A stretch of 55,184 nucleotides of DNA from Candidatus Buchananbacteria bacterium (GTDB lineage Bacteria; Patescibacteriota; Patescibacteriia; Buchananbacterales; UBA6539), in the NCBI GenBank assembly GCA_016930315.1, contig JAFGGX010000024.1:1-55184 (forward strand), in the 5' to 3' direction. Below are positions 19,377-29,190 of the stretch, in pieces (positions within the stretch are counted from its first letter, which is position 1; each line of letters opens with the position of its first letter). The notes under the pieces are model-generated. The model was not told the DNA's origin. It ran no database searches and saw nothing but the letters and a program-made list of their open reading frames with translations. The translations under genes and the position numbers were made by a program.

Positions 19377-19919
19377 TTTTTTATTTTTTAAATATTCATT
19401 CCTTAAAATACCCATAAAAATCATATCATGATAAAAACCGTCACGGTAAACCTGTTCCCTTAATCTACCTTCAATTTTGAATCCAACTTTTTGATATGAC
19501 TTTATTCCTCGAATATTATATCCAAAAACTCGTAAATATACCCGATGCAACCTTAATTTTTTAAAACCGTAATCAACAATTAAGCGACAAGCTTCTGTAC
19601 CACAACCCTGCCCCCAATATTTTTTATCGCCAATAAAAATTCCGAATTCAGCTCTCTTGGATTTTGCACTAATCTTCATTAGACTGCAAACCCCGATATG
19701 CGCTCCATCTACACTATCAATCGAGAACTGAATATGATCTTTCTTTTTTCTCTGCTCTAAAATATATTCACGTTCCTCTTTTAGCGTAGGTGGATTATCA
19801 TAACGATCCAAAAATTTTGTCACTTCCCTGTCTTCAAGCCAACGACAAAAGTTCGGAGCGTCTTTTAAAGAAACCGGCCGTAAAATTACTTTTTTGCCTT
19901 TCAATATAATTCTCTTCAT
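19374..19919 (-). CDS. GNAT N-acetyltransferase (RimJ/RimL family)
   Basis: AEFGIFIGDKKYWGQGCG, N.RGIKSYQKVGF..EG.LRE. Confidence 0.93.
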   Translation of the reverse strand: MKRIILKGKKVILRPVSLKDAPNFCRWLEDREVTKFLDRYDNPPTLKEEREYILEQRKKKDHIQFSIDSVDGAHIGVCSLMKISAKSKRAEFGIFIGDKKYWGQGCGTEACRLIVDYGFKKLRLHRVYLRVFGYNIRGIKSYQKVGFKIEGRLREQVYRDGFYHDMIFMGILRNEYLKNKK

Positions 19920-19920
19920 A

Positions 19921-19978
19921 TGTCATTCTGAATTTATTTCAGAATCTCTGGAGGGTCCTGAATCAAGTTCAGAACGAC
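19921..19978. repeat. Degenerate inverted pair of GTCA-type palindromes
   Basis: TGTCATTCTGAATTTATTTCAGAATC...GGGTCCTGAATCAAGTTCAGAACGAC; closely similar to 30653-30709. Confidence 0.75.
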
Positions 19979-19984
19979 CACCAA

Positions 19985-20169
19985 ATAAACAAAAAACCAA
20001 CCAGAAATTATCTGCTTGGGATCCCAACTTTACGTCGGGACGGTTCCACCCAAATTCCCCAATCTGACATCGGGACACTCATTTTATTAAATTGGCTTAA
20101 AGATTTAGCCTGTTTAAACAGGGAATTATTCAAAACACATAGTTGGTAGCTATGTCAACCATCTTTAAA
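19985..20169 (-). promoter_or_regulatory. T-box riboswitch (Thr), transcriptional type, with an ultrashort Stem I
   Basis: Antiterminator UUGGG-UGGAACC-GUCCCGAC...GUUGGGAU-CCCAA; overlapping terminator followed by U6; ACC in the loop CU-ACC-AA; thrS downstream on the same strand. Confidence 0.88.
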
Positions 20170-20269
20170 CAATATAATAATACCATATTTTAAATAAACT
20201 TGTCAAAAACTAAACATAATGATATAATAATATTGTTCTTTATATTCTTCGGAAAGGTGGTGAAAAGCC

Positions 20270-20470
20270 ATGCCAAAAAGAGAAGTGGATCCGTGTGATG
20301 ACACAAGAAGACTTGGCCGGTTTTTTGGTCCAGGCAGTGAAGAGCGGCCTAGAATGCCAACAAAGAGTTCATATATCGACACCCCTCGCCCGATCAACCC
20401 AGGTGAAATATGGTCTAGACCGAAAGATGAACCAACCGAAAATTCTTCTGTCGAAAATCCCGTAAAGTAA
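20270..20470 (+). CDS. Orphan Pro/Arg-rich microprotein
   Basis: GGAAAGGTG SD; TTGTCA promoter divergent from the T-box promoter; terminator at 20550-20576. Confidence 0.55.
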   Translation: MPKREVDPCDDTRRLGRFFGPGSEERPRMPTKSSYIDTPRPINPGEIWSRPKDEPTENSSVENPVK

Positions 20471-20549
20471 ACTACATCCACTCTTTCTAGGTATAATAGA
20501 GAGAATCGCCATTGAACCTTTCAATTACTCGAACCTTGCGCCAAACCTA

Positions 20550-20576
20550 AAAGCCCTGCCGTTGAGGGCTTTTTTC
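20550..20576 (+). terminator. Intrinsic terminator
   Basis: AAAGCCCT...AGGGCTTTTTT. Confidence 0.7.
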
Positions 20577-20676
20577 TATAAAAAAATTAATAAAAAATAT
20601 TATAATACTTGACATAATGACAAAAAAGTAATACGATAGCCAAAGTCGAATCAATCTACACGGCTTGGAGGCCAGC

Positions 20677-20964
20677 ATGTACCGAGGATACAAAAGCGTA
20701 AAAAGAAAAGAAGCGGCGATGAGACAAGCCGTAGACGTGTTTATTAAGTCCACAATAGGCGCAATAATCTGCATGTCACAATTTTTTCTGTTCGTTCATT
20801 GTAATGTCAGCAATACCATCTTGTTATTAATATCAACAATCGTCACCTTGATTGGATTGCTTTGTTTGTCCGTAGCCATATTGACAATTTGCCATTTAGT
20901 TGACGTATCGGGAGAGCCCATAATAAGAAAAGCTCTACCGACAAAAGACGGCGGCACAAAATAA
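20677..20964 (+). CDS. Orphan two-TM small membrane protein
   Basis: GGAGG before ATG 20677; TTGACA-17-TACGAT promoter at 20609; terminator ACCTCGG/CCGAGGT at about 21021-21053. Confidence 0.6.
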   Translation: MYRGYKSVKRKEAAMRQAVDVFIKSTIGAIICMSQFFLFVHCNVSNTILLLISTIVTLIGLLCLSVAILTICHLVDVSGEPIIRKALPTKDGGTK

Positions 20965-21073
20965 GATCAAGCGACAATAGAAATAATCACCACCGCCTGA
21001 TGTTTGCAAAGACAAACAAAAACCTCGGCCTAAAAACCGAGGTCTTCTTTTTTAAAAAAATGTTTTCTGATAA

Positions 21074-22216
21074 CTAATCGGCAATCTGGATCTTAATTTT
21101 ATCAGCCAACCTTGGCAATTTCTTTAACCAGCTAGGCGAAAAAACTACTTGGACCGAGCTAACGTCTGGGAATTGAGAAAAATAAGCCTGAACCTCATCA
21201 GCTGTTTTTCCAAATAGCTGACTTTTATCAAAACTGTCTTGATTACTAAAATCAGTGGCCGCCGCGGCTTTAAACGTTAGACTTACCTGCGCCTGATTTT
21301 GATCTGGATTAATTGACTCAAGTTTATAATCAAAGTTATTCGGATTAATCGCCATGGAGCTGATATTTTGTTCGGCCAACTTAGCCTGAGCCAAATCAAT
21401 CACTTTCTGTTCGTCAAATGCCACCACCCGAGCGGTTAAATCCATACTAGCCTGAAAATCAGAAACCTGATCACCGCTTTTTGCACTTGGGTTAAATTGA
21501 CCACCGCTGCTATCAACTAATTTTGGCCACAGAGCTTGCTGGGCAGATAGCTCAGTATCAATTTGACTCATTGCTTTTTGACTTAAACTGGTTTGCAAAG
21601 TTTGTTTAGATTGATTTAAGTCTTGATCGCTAACCACAGATACCACCTGACCGGCGGCTGATAAAGTCTGGCTGCTTTGAGCATAAATTTTGTCTTGCAG
21701 CGGCTGCCATAAACCAGGAATAATAAAATCTTGCGGTTTAATATCTTTAAAATTATCAGGGTCATCAGTATAAACAGTAGCTTCTACTCGACCACCGGCT
21801 GGCACAGTCACACTGCTTTTTAAACGCACCAAAACTTGATCAGGATTATTTTTGTCAGCCAAACGAGTAGTAGCCACCAAGGCCTGATCTTTACTGTAAT
21901 TATTTATGAATATAACATTACCAACAATTCCAGAGTCTTTGGAAATTGATTCTTGACCGGTAGCTTGGAAAATTTGTTGATCAGAAACACTTACCTGTTG
22001 GATTTTTCCTGGCACCAACCCAGCTGGCGTAGTAGTGGCGTCTGACACAGCAAATGCCAAATTGTAATCTTTCAACTCTTGAGCGGGGGTAATAATAATT
22101 GTTACGTTAGCCCAAATTAAATAGGCCACGGAACATAAAAAAATTATTGCTAAAACTAAAAAAACAATCGCAAAATTACGATAAAACCTCGGGATGATAA
22201 AACTGTTATTTTTCAT
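21074..22216 (-). CDS. Membrane-anchored protein, baseplate-J-like CPR family (tentative)
   Basis: N-terminal TM; G.V.FIN.YSKDQ.LVATTRL; C-terminal V.FSP.W...LP....KI.I. Confidence 0.6.
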   Translation of the reverse strand: MKNNSFIIPRFYRNFAIVFLVLAIIFLCSVAYLIWANVTIIITPAQELKDYNLAFAVSDATTTPAGLVPGKIQQVSVSDQQIFQATGQESISKDSGIVGNVIFINNYSKDQALVATTRLADKNNPDQVLVRLKSSVTVPAGGRVEATVYTDDPDNFKDIKPQDFIIPGLWQPLQDKIYAQSSQTLSAAGQVVSVVSDQDLNQSKQTLQTSLSQKAMSQIDTELSAQQALWPKLVDSSGGQFNPSAKSGDQVSDFQASMDLTARVVAFDEQKVIDLAQAKLAEQNISSMAINPNNFDYKLESINPDQNQAQVSLTFKAAAATDFSNQDSFDKSQLFGKTADEVQAYFSQFPDVSSVQVVFSPSWLKKLPRLADKIKIQIAD

Positions 22217-22258
22217 ACTATAATAATAAAATATTTTAGAAAAAATAACAACCTATAT

Positions 22259-25200
22259 TTAGATACTGTCTAGCTCTTGAACATACAAAGTATTCCGGCC
22301 CAAGGTAACTTCTAATTCCTCTTTGAAACTCTGACTAATATTAATTAAATAGTCAGTGACCACTTTTCTAGCGCCAGCCGGTCCATCGATAATCAAATAA
22401 ACCTTATAGCGGCCAGGATATTTTTTAATTAGTTCCTTTAACCTTTCGACTCCCCCATTATCGATGTTATTAGCCACCTTGATATAAGCATAACCAGCGA
22501 CAAAAAATTCACCTTTTGGCTCTTTGGTCACTACCTTTTTTTGAAAATGATTTCTGACATAACGATTATCGCTGGCCACATTTTCTAATTCAGCCAAGCG
22601 ATTAACAACATCTTCTAAATTTTCGTGATTTAACTCCCTAGCCTGGTTGCAAATCAATTTAACCTCGCCATCCTTGTCGGTTAATTTGCAGTTCATCATA
22701 ATAATTCGATCTTCCTGCCAAACTTCCGGATCATTTTTTAAAATACTGGGGAAAACTAAAATTTCAATGCCGCCCGAGACATCTTCAACTCGGACAAAAA
22801 GCATGGCTTCACCGGCTTTGGTAATAATTTTTTTGATTTTACTAATCACACCAGCCACTTTTAACACCCGACCCTTATAATTTTCTGCATCAGACAAAAC
22901 GTAGCCAATTGGTGAAGTAATTTCACTCAATTTTTTACTAAACTCCTGCAACGGATGAGCGGTAACATAAAGACCTAAAAATTCTTTTTCCCAATTTAAT
23001 TTTTGACGATCGTCAGCCGGATCAATTTCGTCCAAATTTAATTTTGGCAAAGAAACGCTGCTGGCCATCATGCCAAACAAACTTGATTGCTGGCTGTCGG
23101 CCTCTTCATTAATATTTTTAATAAAAATCAACAAGCGATCAATATTATAAAGCATCCGATTACGCTCGCCCAAGTTATCCAGCCCACCCGATTTAACTAA
23201 TGCTTCCAACGATTTTTTATTTAAATCTTTAGTTTTAACCCGACTTAATAAATCTTCCAAAGTTTTATACGGACCATTTTTCTTTCTTTCTTTAATCACT
23301 TCTTTAATAATATTTTCACCCAAATTTTTAACCGCGCTTAAGCCAAATCGAATTTTATTGCTGGTTTTGTCGGCTTTTAATTCCGGCGTGTCGTAAACAA
23401 CCGTAAAGGTCGAAAAACTCTCGTTAATGTCTGGCGGTAAAATTTCTAAACCCATTTGTCGACATTCTTCCACTTCAACGGCAATCCGGTCGGTGTTACC
23501 ATGATCGGAGGTTAATAAAGAAGCCATAAACTCAGCCGGATAATGAGCTTTAAGATAAGCGGTTTGATAGGCAATCATCGCATAGCAAGCGGCGTGCGAA
23601 CGATTAAATCCATAACGAGCAAAGGGTAAAATATATTCCCAAATTTTTACCGCCACCGGTTCTTTAATCCCATTTTCTACCATCCCTTTAACCATTTTGT
23701 CTCCCTGCTCATTTAATAACGCCAAAATCTTTTTACCCACCGCTTTTCGTAAAACATCCGCCTCACTGTAAGAAAAGCCAGCCAATTTTCTGGCGATTTC
23801 CATCACTTGTTCTTGATAAACCGCAATCCCATAGGTTTTACTTAAAATTGGCTCCAACTTTGGATCAAGATATTTAATCCGTTTTAAACCATGTTTACCG
23901 GCGATATAATCGGGAATTAATTCCATTGGCCCAGGGCGATAAAGCGAAACCATCGCGATAATATCTTCGAGTTCAGTTGGTTTTAACTGCTTTAAATAAC
24001 GTTTCATCCCAGAACTTTCAAGCTGGAATACACCGGTAGTTTCGACTCGTTGCAACAAAGCAAAAGTTTTTTTATCATCAAGCGGCAGATTATCAATATT
24101 GATATCAATTCCTCTGGCTTTTTTTAAAATTTCTAAAGTATTTTCAATAATGGTTAAATTTTTTAAACCCAAAAAGTCCATTTTCAACAAACCCAAATCT
24201 TCAATCCCATGCATTTCATATTGAGTGACAATTTCGTTTTCGTCTTGACTCGATCGTTGCCGCGGCACAAAGTTATCCAATGGCGCCGGTGCCACCACCA
24301 CTCCGCAAGCGTGAGTTGAAGCGTGTCTGACACAACCTTCTAACTTTTTAGCCACTTCAATTAACCGTCGGCCATCTGGATCGGCAATGATTGCTTGCAT
24401 TTCCGGCACCGTTTTTAACGCCTCATCAAGCGACATAAACATCGGAATCATTTTAGCGGCCTTGTCGCAATATGAATAGGGCAAACCCATCACCCGGCCA
24501 ACGTCTCTAATTACCGCCCGGGCCGCCATGGTTCCAAAAGTAATAATCTGAGCCACTTGGTCACGGCCAAACCGTTGAGCTACGTAGTCTAAAACCTCGT
24601 CACGCCGAGTATCAGCAAAATCGGTATCGATATCAGGCATTGAGATTCTTTCCGGATTTAAAAACCGTTCAAAAATCAAATCATATTTTAACGGATCAAT
24701 GTTGGTAATATTGGTTAGATAGGCAACCAAACTACCCGCCGCTGAACCTCGGCCCGGCCCGACTACGATCTGATTATCCTTTGCCCAGTTGATAAAATCA
24801 GCCACAATCAAAAAATAGGAAGCAAAGCCGGTTTTAGTAATCACCGACAATTCATAATCCAAACGATCTTTAATTTCTTTACTCACTTCCTTGGTGTCGT
24901 AACGTTTGACTAAACCAGTCTGACACAATTCAGCTAAATATTGCTCTGGCGTTTCCCCCGCCGGCACTTCGAACTTCGGCAAAAGTTTTTGGCCAAATTT
25001 AATTTCAACATTACAGCGGTCAGCGACCTCAATGGTGTTGCTAATTACTTCCGGATGAGCAGCCCAATCTTTTTGCGCTTGCATACTATCGCGGAAAGAC
25101 ACGTCGTATTCCATCATGGTCATTCGATCAGTGTCGGCCAGCGTTCTTTTGGTTTGGATGCAAACCAAAGCATCTTGGGCGTAGTTATCTTCTCGATCTA

Positions 25201-25828
25201 AATAATGAACATCATAAGTGGCCACCACCGGAATTTTTAATTCATAGCCTAAGGCTAAAATTTTTTCGTTAACAAAAATTTGTTTAGCTAGAGTCGGATG
25301 ATTTTGAACTTCCAAATAAAAATTATCGCGGCCCAAAATCGTTTGCATTTGTTTAATATAATCTCTGGCCCCCTGTTCATTTTCATTCAATAAATTAGCC
25401 GACAATTCTCCTTGTAAGCAGGCACTTAAAGCAATTACCCCTTCGCTATATTTTTTTAATAAATCTAGATCGATTCTTGGTTTATAATAAAAACCATCCA
25501 GATGAGCGATGGTTGTCAACTTAATTAAATTTTTGTAACCAGCTTCATTTTTGGCCAATAAAACCAGGTGATAAGGCCGCGTATCAATGTTAGACCGCTT
25601 ATTCAAATGGCCATTGCGAGCCACATAAGCTTCAACCCCCAAGATCGGTTTAATACCAGCTTTTTTAGCGGTTTTATAAAACTCAAGCAGCCCATACATC
25701 ACCCCATGGTCGGTCAAAGCCACCGCCGGCATGTTATATTCAACTGCTTTGTTTACTATTTGATCAATTTTAGGTAAGCCGTCCAACAGCGAATAGTGCG
25801 AATGGACATGCAGGTGGACAAAAGACAT
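22259..25828 (-). CDS. dnaE: DNA polymerase III alpha subunit
   Basis: [48 protein letters not shown]. Confidence 0.98.
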   Translation of the reverse strand: MSFVHLHVHSHYSLLDGLPKIDQIVNKAVEYNMPAVALTDHGVMYGLLEFYKTAKKAGIKPILGVEAYVARNGHLNKRSNIDTRPYHLVLLAKNEAGYKNLIKLTTIAHLDGFYYKPRIDLDLLKKYSEGVIALSACLQGELSANLLNENEQGARDYIKQMQTILGRDNFYLEVQNHPTLAKQIFVNEKILALGYELKIPVVATYDVHYLDREDNYAQDALVCIQTKRTLADTDRMTMMEYDVSFRDSMQAQKDWAAHPEVISNTIEVADRCNVEIKFGQKLLPKFEVPAGETPEQYLAELCQTGLVKRYDTKEVSKEIKDRLDYELSVITKTGFASYFLIVADFINWAKDNQIVVGPGRGSAAGSLVAYLTNITNIDPLKYDLIFERFLNPERISMPDIDTDFADTRRDEVLDYVAQRFGRDQVAQIITFGTMAARAVIRDVGRVMGLPYSYCDKAAKMIPMFMSLDEALKTVPEMQAIIADPDGRRLIEVAKKLEGCVRHASTHACGVVVAPAPLDNFVPRQRSSQDENEIVTQYEMHGIEDLGLLKMDFLGLKNLTIIENTLEILKKARGIDINIDNLPLDDKKTFALLQRVETTGVFQLESSGMKRYLKQLKPTELEDIIAMVSLYRPGPMELIPDYIAGKHGLKRIKYLDPKLEPILSKTYGIAVYQEQVMEIARKLAGFSYSEADVLRKAVGKKILALLNEQGDKMVKGMVENGIKEPVAVKIWEYILPFARYGFNRSHAACYAMIAYQTAYLKAHYPAEFMASLLTSDHGNTDRIAVEVEECRQMGLEILPPDINESFSTFTVVYDTPELKADKTSNKIRFGLSAVKNLGENIIKEVIKERKKNGPYKTLEDLLSRVKTKDLNKKSLEALVKSGGLDNLGERNRMLYNIDRLLIFIKNINEEADSQQSSLFGMMASSVSLPKLNLDEIDPADDRQKLNWEKEFLGLYVTAHPLQEFSKKLSEITSPIGYVLSDAENYKGRVLKVAGVISKIKKIITKAGEAMLFVRVEDVSGGIEILVFPSILKNDPEVWQEDRIIMMNCKLTDKDGEVKLICNQARELNHENLEDVVNRLAELENVASDNRYVRNHFQKKVVTKEPKGEFFVAGYAYIKVANNIDNGGVERLKELIKKYPGRYKVYLIIDGPAGARKVVTDYLINISQSFKEELEVTLGRNTLYVQELDSI

Positions 25829-25910
25829 AAAGATACAATTTAAGAAAGTCTGAACAAATCAATGACTTTCTAGGGAAGTAGATTTCCCAAAACGATTATT
25901 AGAAATGGTA

Positions 25911-26219
25911 CTATTTTTTCTTTTTGCTAGTTGATTTTTTGCTACTGCTACTTTTTTGTTTATCCATCGCATAACCGACCAACTTAATAACCGAATCGGC
26001 CATCATGCCAAAATGATTAGAACCTTTTTCTAATTTTTCTTTGACTAAATCCAAAATTTTATCAACCGTTTCCATCTTTTTTCTTACCCCGCCGGTAATT
26101 TTACTGACCGAACGCATCATCGAAATAATGTAATAAAGCGCCCAACAAATAAAAACCGTAATCCACAAAACCGCAAAAGCCAACATAATATTTAACAAGT
26201 CGCGTGAAGTTTCTAACAT
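25911..26219 (-). CDS. Small single-TM hypothetical protein
   Basis: AAGGAGG SD; N-terminal TM followed by a coiled region. Confidence 0.75.
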   Translation of the reverse strand: MLETSRDLLNIMLAFAVLWITVFICWALYYIISMMRSVSKITGGVRKKMETVDKILDLVKEKLEKGSNHFGMMADSVIKLVGYAMDKQKSSSSKKSTSKKKK

Positions 26220-26242
26220 AAAATTTTGCCTCCTTAAAAATA

Positions 26243-28612
26243 TTAACGCAAAATCGCGTTTAATTTAGTTTGTAAATTTTTAATAATTTTTTCCAAAACA
26301 ACATCAACTTCTTCCGATTTCAAAGTCCGCTCAGCCTGAAAAGTAACCCGGAAAGCCAAACTCTTTTTGTCTTCACCCAAACTTTTATCTACATAAGTGC
26401 TTAAATACTTTATCTCCGACACTAACGGATCAACCGACTTGACCGCATCAACAATCATCTGCCACTTCACCTCCGCGTCAATCACAATTGCCAAATCTCT
26501 TTGTGCGTTTGGAAATTCTGCGATCGGCACAAACGGTTTTAAATCGCTGGCATATTTAGCTAATTTTTCAACCACAAAACTAAAAATTGCTACCGGTCGA
26601 TCAAAAGAAAAGCGGCTAGCATTTTTTTGATTAACTAAACCAAAATAACCAATCACTTCATTTTTTATCACCACTGTCAAAGCAGTTTGGACTGAACAAT
26701 AATTATTGTCTTTTACCAACTCTTTAAATTGATAATCAGTGATGGCCAATTTATCTAACAACAACTCAACCAAGCCTTTAACTTGTAAAAAATCATCCAT
26801 TTTGTCTACCACCGCTCCGGCTAAGCAAGATTGTTCGACCGGTAAATCGTTAGCCTTTTGCAGCCGGTAAACGTTGCTGACTTCAAAAATTTCAATTTGG
26901 TTAAAGCGTTTGATGTTATCAGCCACACCTTGCAAAATCTGCGGCTCTAAATCGGTGCGCATAAATTCAATTTCACTATTCAACGGATTACTAATTTTAA
27001 CCACTTCGGTTTTCGGCCGGTTGGCAGCTTCGATCATTTCCTTATCAACCATTGAATAATTATAGGTTTCGGTTAAACCCGCCCCAACTAAAATATCTTT
27101 AATTTTATCTTCCCAAACCAAAATTGGATTTTTCGCCCGGACTGGAATTTCACTGCTGGGCAATTCAACCGGCAAATTGTGATAGCCATAAATTCTAGCC
27201 ACTTCTTCGACAATATCGTGATCATATTCAACATCATTGGCTCGGTACCACGGCACAGTGATCTTTAAAGTATTACTACCGGAAACTTCAAAACCTAGCC
27301 GCTCTAAAATATTTTTAATCTGCTTGATTTTTATCTCTACACCCAATAATCGTTTAATATTGGCCGGATCAAAACTAATCTTTTTTGGCTTATAATTTTG
27401 AGCGTAAACATCAATAATCGGACTGGCAGTTTGTCCGCCAGCTAACTGCTGAGTTAACTCAACCGCCCGCAGAATCGCCACAAAAGTGCCTTCGGCTGAA
27501 AGATTTTTTTCAAATAAACTTGATGATTCCGAATACAAATTTAAAGCCCGAGCGGTTTTACGTACCGAAACCGGATTAAAGTTCGCTGCTTCAAAAACAA
27601 TCGTTTTGGTTTCTGCACTCACCGCTGATAATTCACCACCCATCACGCCAGCCACCGCGACCGGATCTTTGGCATCGGCAATCACTAGATTGTCGGCTGA
27701 GAGTTGATAATTTTTACCGTCTAAAGCTAAAATCTTTTCGCCGGCTTTAGCCTTGCGGACAACAATTTTTTGGCCTTGCAATTTATCGTAATCAAAAACG
27801 TGCATCGGTTGACCAAATTCCAATAAGATATAATTAGTAATATCAACTAAATTGTTAATTGGTCTAATTCCCGCTTGACTCAATCGCCACTGTAACCAAA
27901 ACGGCGACGGGCCAACTTTAATGTTTTCCATCACCACCGCCTGATAGCGCGGACAAAGCTTTGATTCTTTAACTTCGACCGATAAAGGAATTTCGGTTTT
28001 CAATTTCAAGTTTGGTTTTGGTAAATCAATTTTGTTATCAACATCAAACACGGCGGCGGCCTCGCGTGCCAACCCAACCAAGCTGCCCGCATCCGGTCGA
28101 TTAGTAGTGATTTCAATATCCATTAAATAATCATCGAGTTTTAAAACGTCGGCCAAGTCTTTGCCAACTGGCGTATCTGATTCTAACACTAAAATGCCGT
28201 TGTGTTCCGGCCAAAAACCCAGTTCGTCTGGCGCGCAAATCATACCAGCGCTTTCCACCCCGCGGATGACTCCTTTTTCTAAAACAAATTTGTCGTCAAC
28301 TTTTGGATCAATTAATTCTGCACCAACTTTGGCTAATGGCACAATTTGGCCAACCGCAATATTAGGTGCACCGCAAACAACCGTTATTTTTTCTTTACCA
28401 GTGTCAACCGTGGCTAATTGCAACCGATCGGCGTTAGGATGTTTAACAATAGCAATAATTTTAGCCGTTACTACACCGCTAAAATGCGCCTGAATTTTTT
28501 TCACCCGCTCCACTGACTGACTGCACAAAGAAAACTCTTTAGCAAATTCCTCAACCGTCGCGTTGAGTTTTACATATTCTTTCAACCAATTGTAAGAAAT
28601 TTTTCTATCCAT
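26243..28612 (-). CDS. pheT: Phenylalanyl-tRNA synthetase beta subunit
   Basis: ISYNWLKEY, HPNADRL, VVCGAPN, NRPD, EEVARIYGY, RDLA. Confidence 0.97.
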   Translation of the reverse strand: MDRKISYNWLKEYVKLNATVEEFAKEFSLCSQSVERVKKIQAHFSGVVTAKIIAIVKHPNADRLQLATVDTGKEKITVVCGAPNIAVGQIVPLAKVGAELIDPKVDDKFVLEKGVIRGVESAGMICAPDELGFWPEHNGILVLESDTPVGKDLADVLKLDDYLMDIEITTNRPDAGSLVGLAREAAAVFDVDNKIDLPKPNLKLKTEIPLSVEVKESKLCPRYQAVVMENIKVGPSPFWLQWRLSQAGIRPINNLVDITNYILLEFGQPMHVFDYDKLQGQKIVVRKAKAGEKILALDGKNYQLSADNLVIADAKDPVAVAGVMGGELSAVSAETKTIVFEAANFNPVSVRKTARALNLYSESSSLFEKNLSAEGTFVAILRAVELTQQLAGGQTASPIIDVYAQNYKPKKISFDPANIKRLLGVEIKIKQIKNILERLGFEVSGSNTLKITVPWYRANDVEYDHDIVEEVARIYGYHNLPVELPSSEIPVRAKNPILVWEDKIKDILVGAGLTETYNYSMVDKEMIEAANRPKTEVVKISNPLNSEIEFMRTDLEPQILQGVADNIKRFNQIEIFEVSNVYRLQKANDLPVEQSCLAGAVVDKMDDFLQVKGLVELLLDKLAITDYQFKELVKDNNYCSVQTALTVVIKNEVIGYFGLVNQKNASRFSFDRPVAIFSFVVEKLAKYASDLKPFVPIAEFPNAQRDLAIVIDAEVKWQMIVDAVKSVDPLVSEIKYLSTYVDKSLGEDKKSLAFRVTFQAERTLKSEEVDVVLEKIIKNLQTKLNAILR

Positions 28613-28666
28613 TCGTTAGTTCTTATTTTATTCTTTAATTATTAGTTTATAAGTTTGTAAGTTTTG

Positions 28667-29026
28667 TTAACATTTCTTTAAAAATCTAATATAACCGCTA
28701 ATTGCTTTCAATAGTTCAGTATATTTATTTGCTAAATTATGAGCAATTACTTGATCAATAAAATTCTTCTTTGCTGATCGTAAAATATTTCTTTTTGTTT
28801 CTTCTGCTTCAGCCTTGGCGATAACGCAACAACGAACTTTTTCCTTGACTGTGACTCTATTATAACTTTCAGCGATATTATTAGCCACCGAAGCTGACGA
28901 ACGGAGCAACTGATCGATTGAACGAAATCGTTCATCTTTGGGAAATTGCTTGGTAATCTGATAGACCTCAAGTTCAAAACGTTCCGCCATTTGATAAATT
29001 TTCAAATTTTCTAATCCAGTTGCCAT
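28667..29026 (-). CDS. Four-helix-bundle protein (23S rRNA-IVP/bAvd-like family)
   Basis: LENLKIYQ.A, FPKDERF, DQLLRSSASVANNIAES. Confidence 0.9.
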   Translation of the reverse strand: MATGLENLKIYQMAERFELEVYQITKQFPKDERFRSIDQLLRSSASVANNIAESYNRVTVKEKVRCCVIAKAEAEETKRNILRSAKKNFIDQVIAHNLANKYTELLKAISGYIRFLKKC

Positions 29027-29074
29027 ACAACGTTAGCTTTTAATAATAACATTATGCGCTACGTTGCTAAAAAT

Positions 29075-29190
29075 AAACTAATTAACTAATAAACTTACAA
29101 ACTTGAAACTTATTAACTAACTAATAAACTAACTAACTTGAAACTTATCAACTTATAAACTAACAAACTTACCCAACTTACCAACCAAAC
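29075..29190. repeat. 8-mer-type simple repeats flanking the four-helix-bundle gene
   Basis: AACTAATA/AACTTACA/AACTTG runs; complementary runs at about 28638-28666 on the other side. Confidence 0.75.

Noticed and set aside
21074..22216. Prophage
   Set aside because: No terminase, capsid, tail or integrase genes; host-like composition.
22259..25828. Intein or intron in dnaE or gyrB
   Set aside because: Lengths are normal and no splice-junction motifs were seen.
28667..29026. bAvd-like gene as part of a diversity-generating retroelement
   Set aside because: No reverse transcriptase and no TR/VR pair with adenine-specific mismatches seen in the window.
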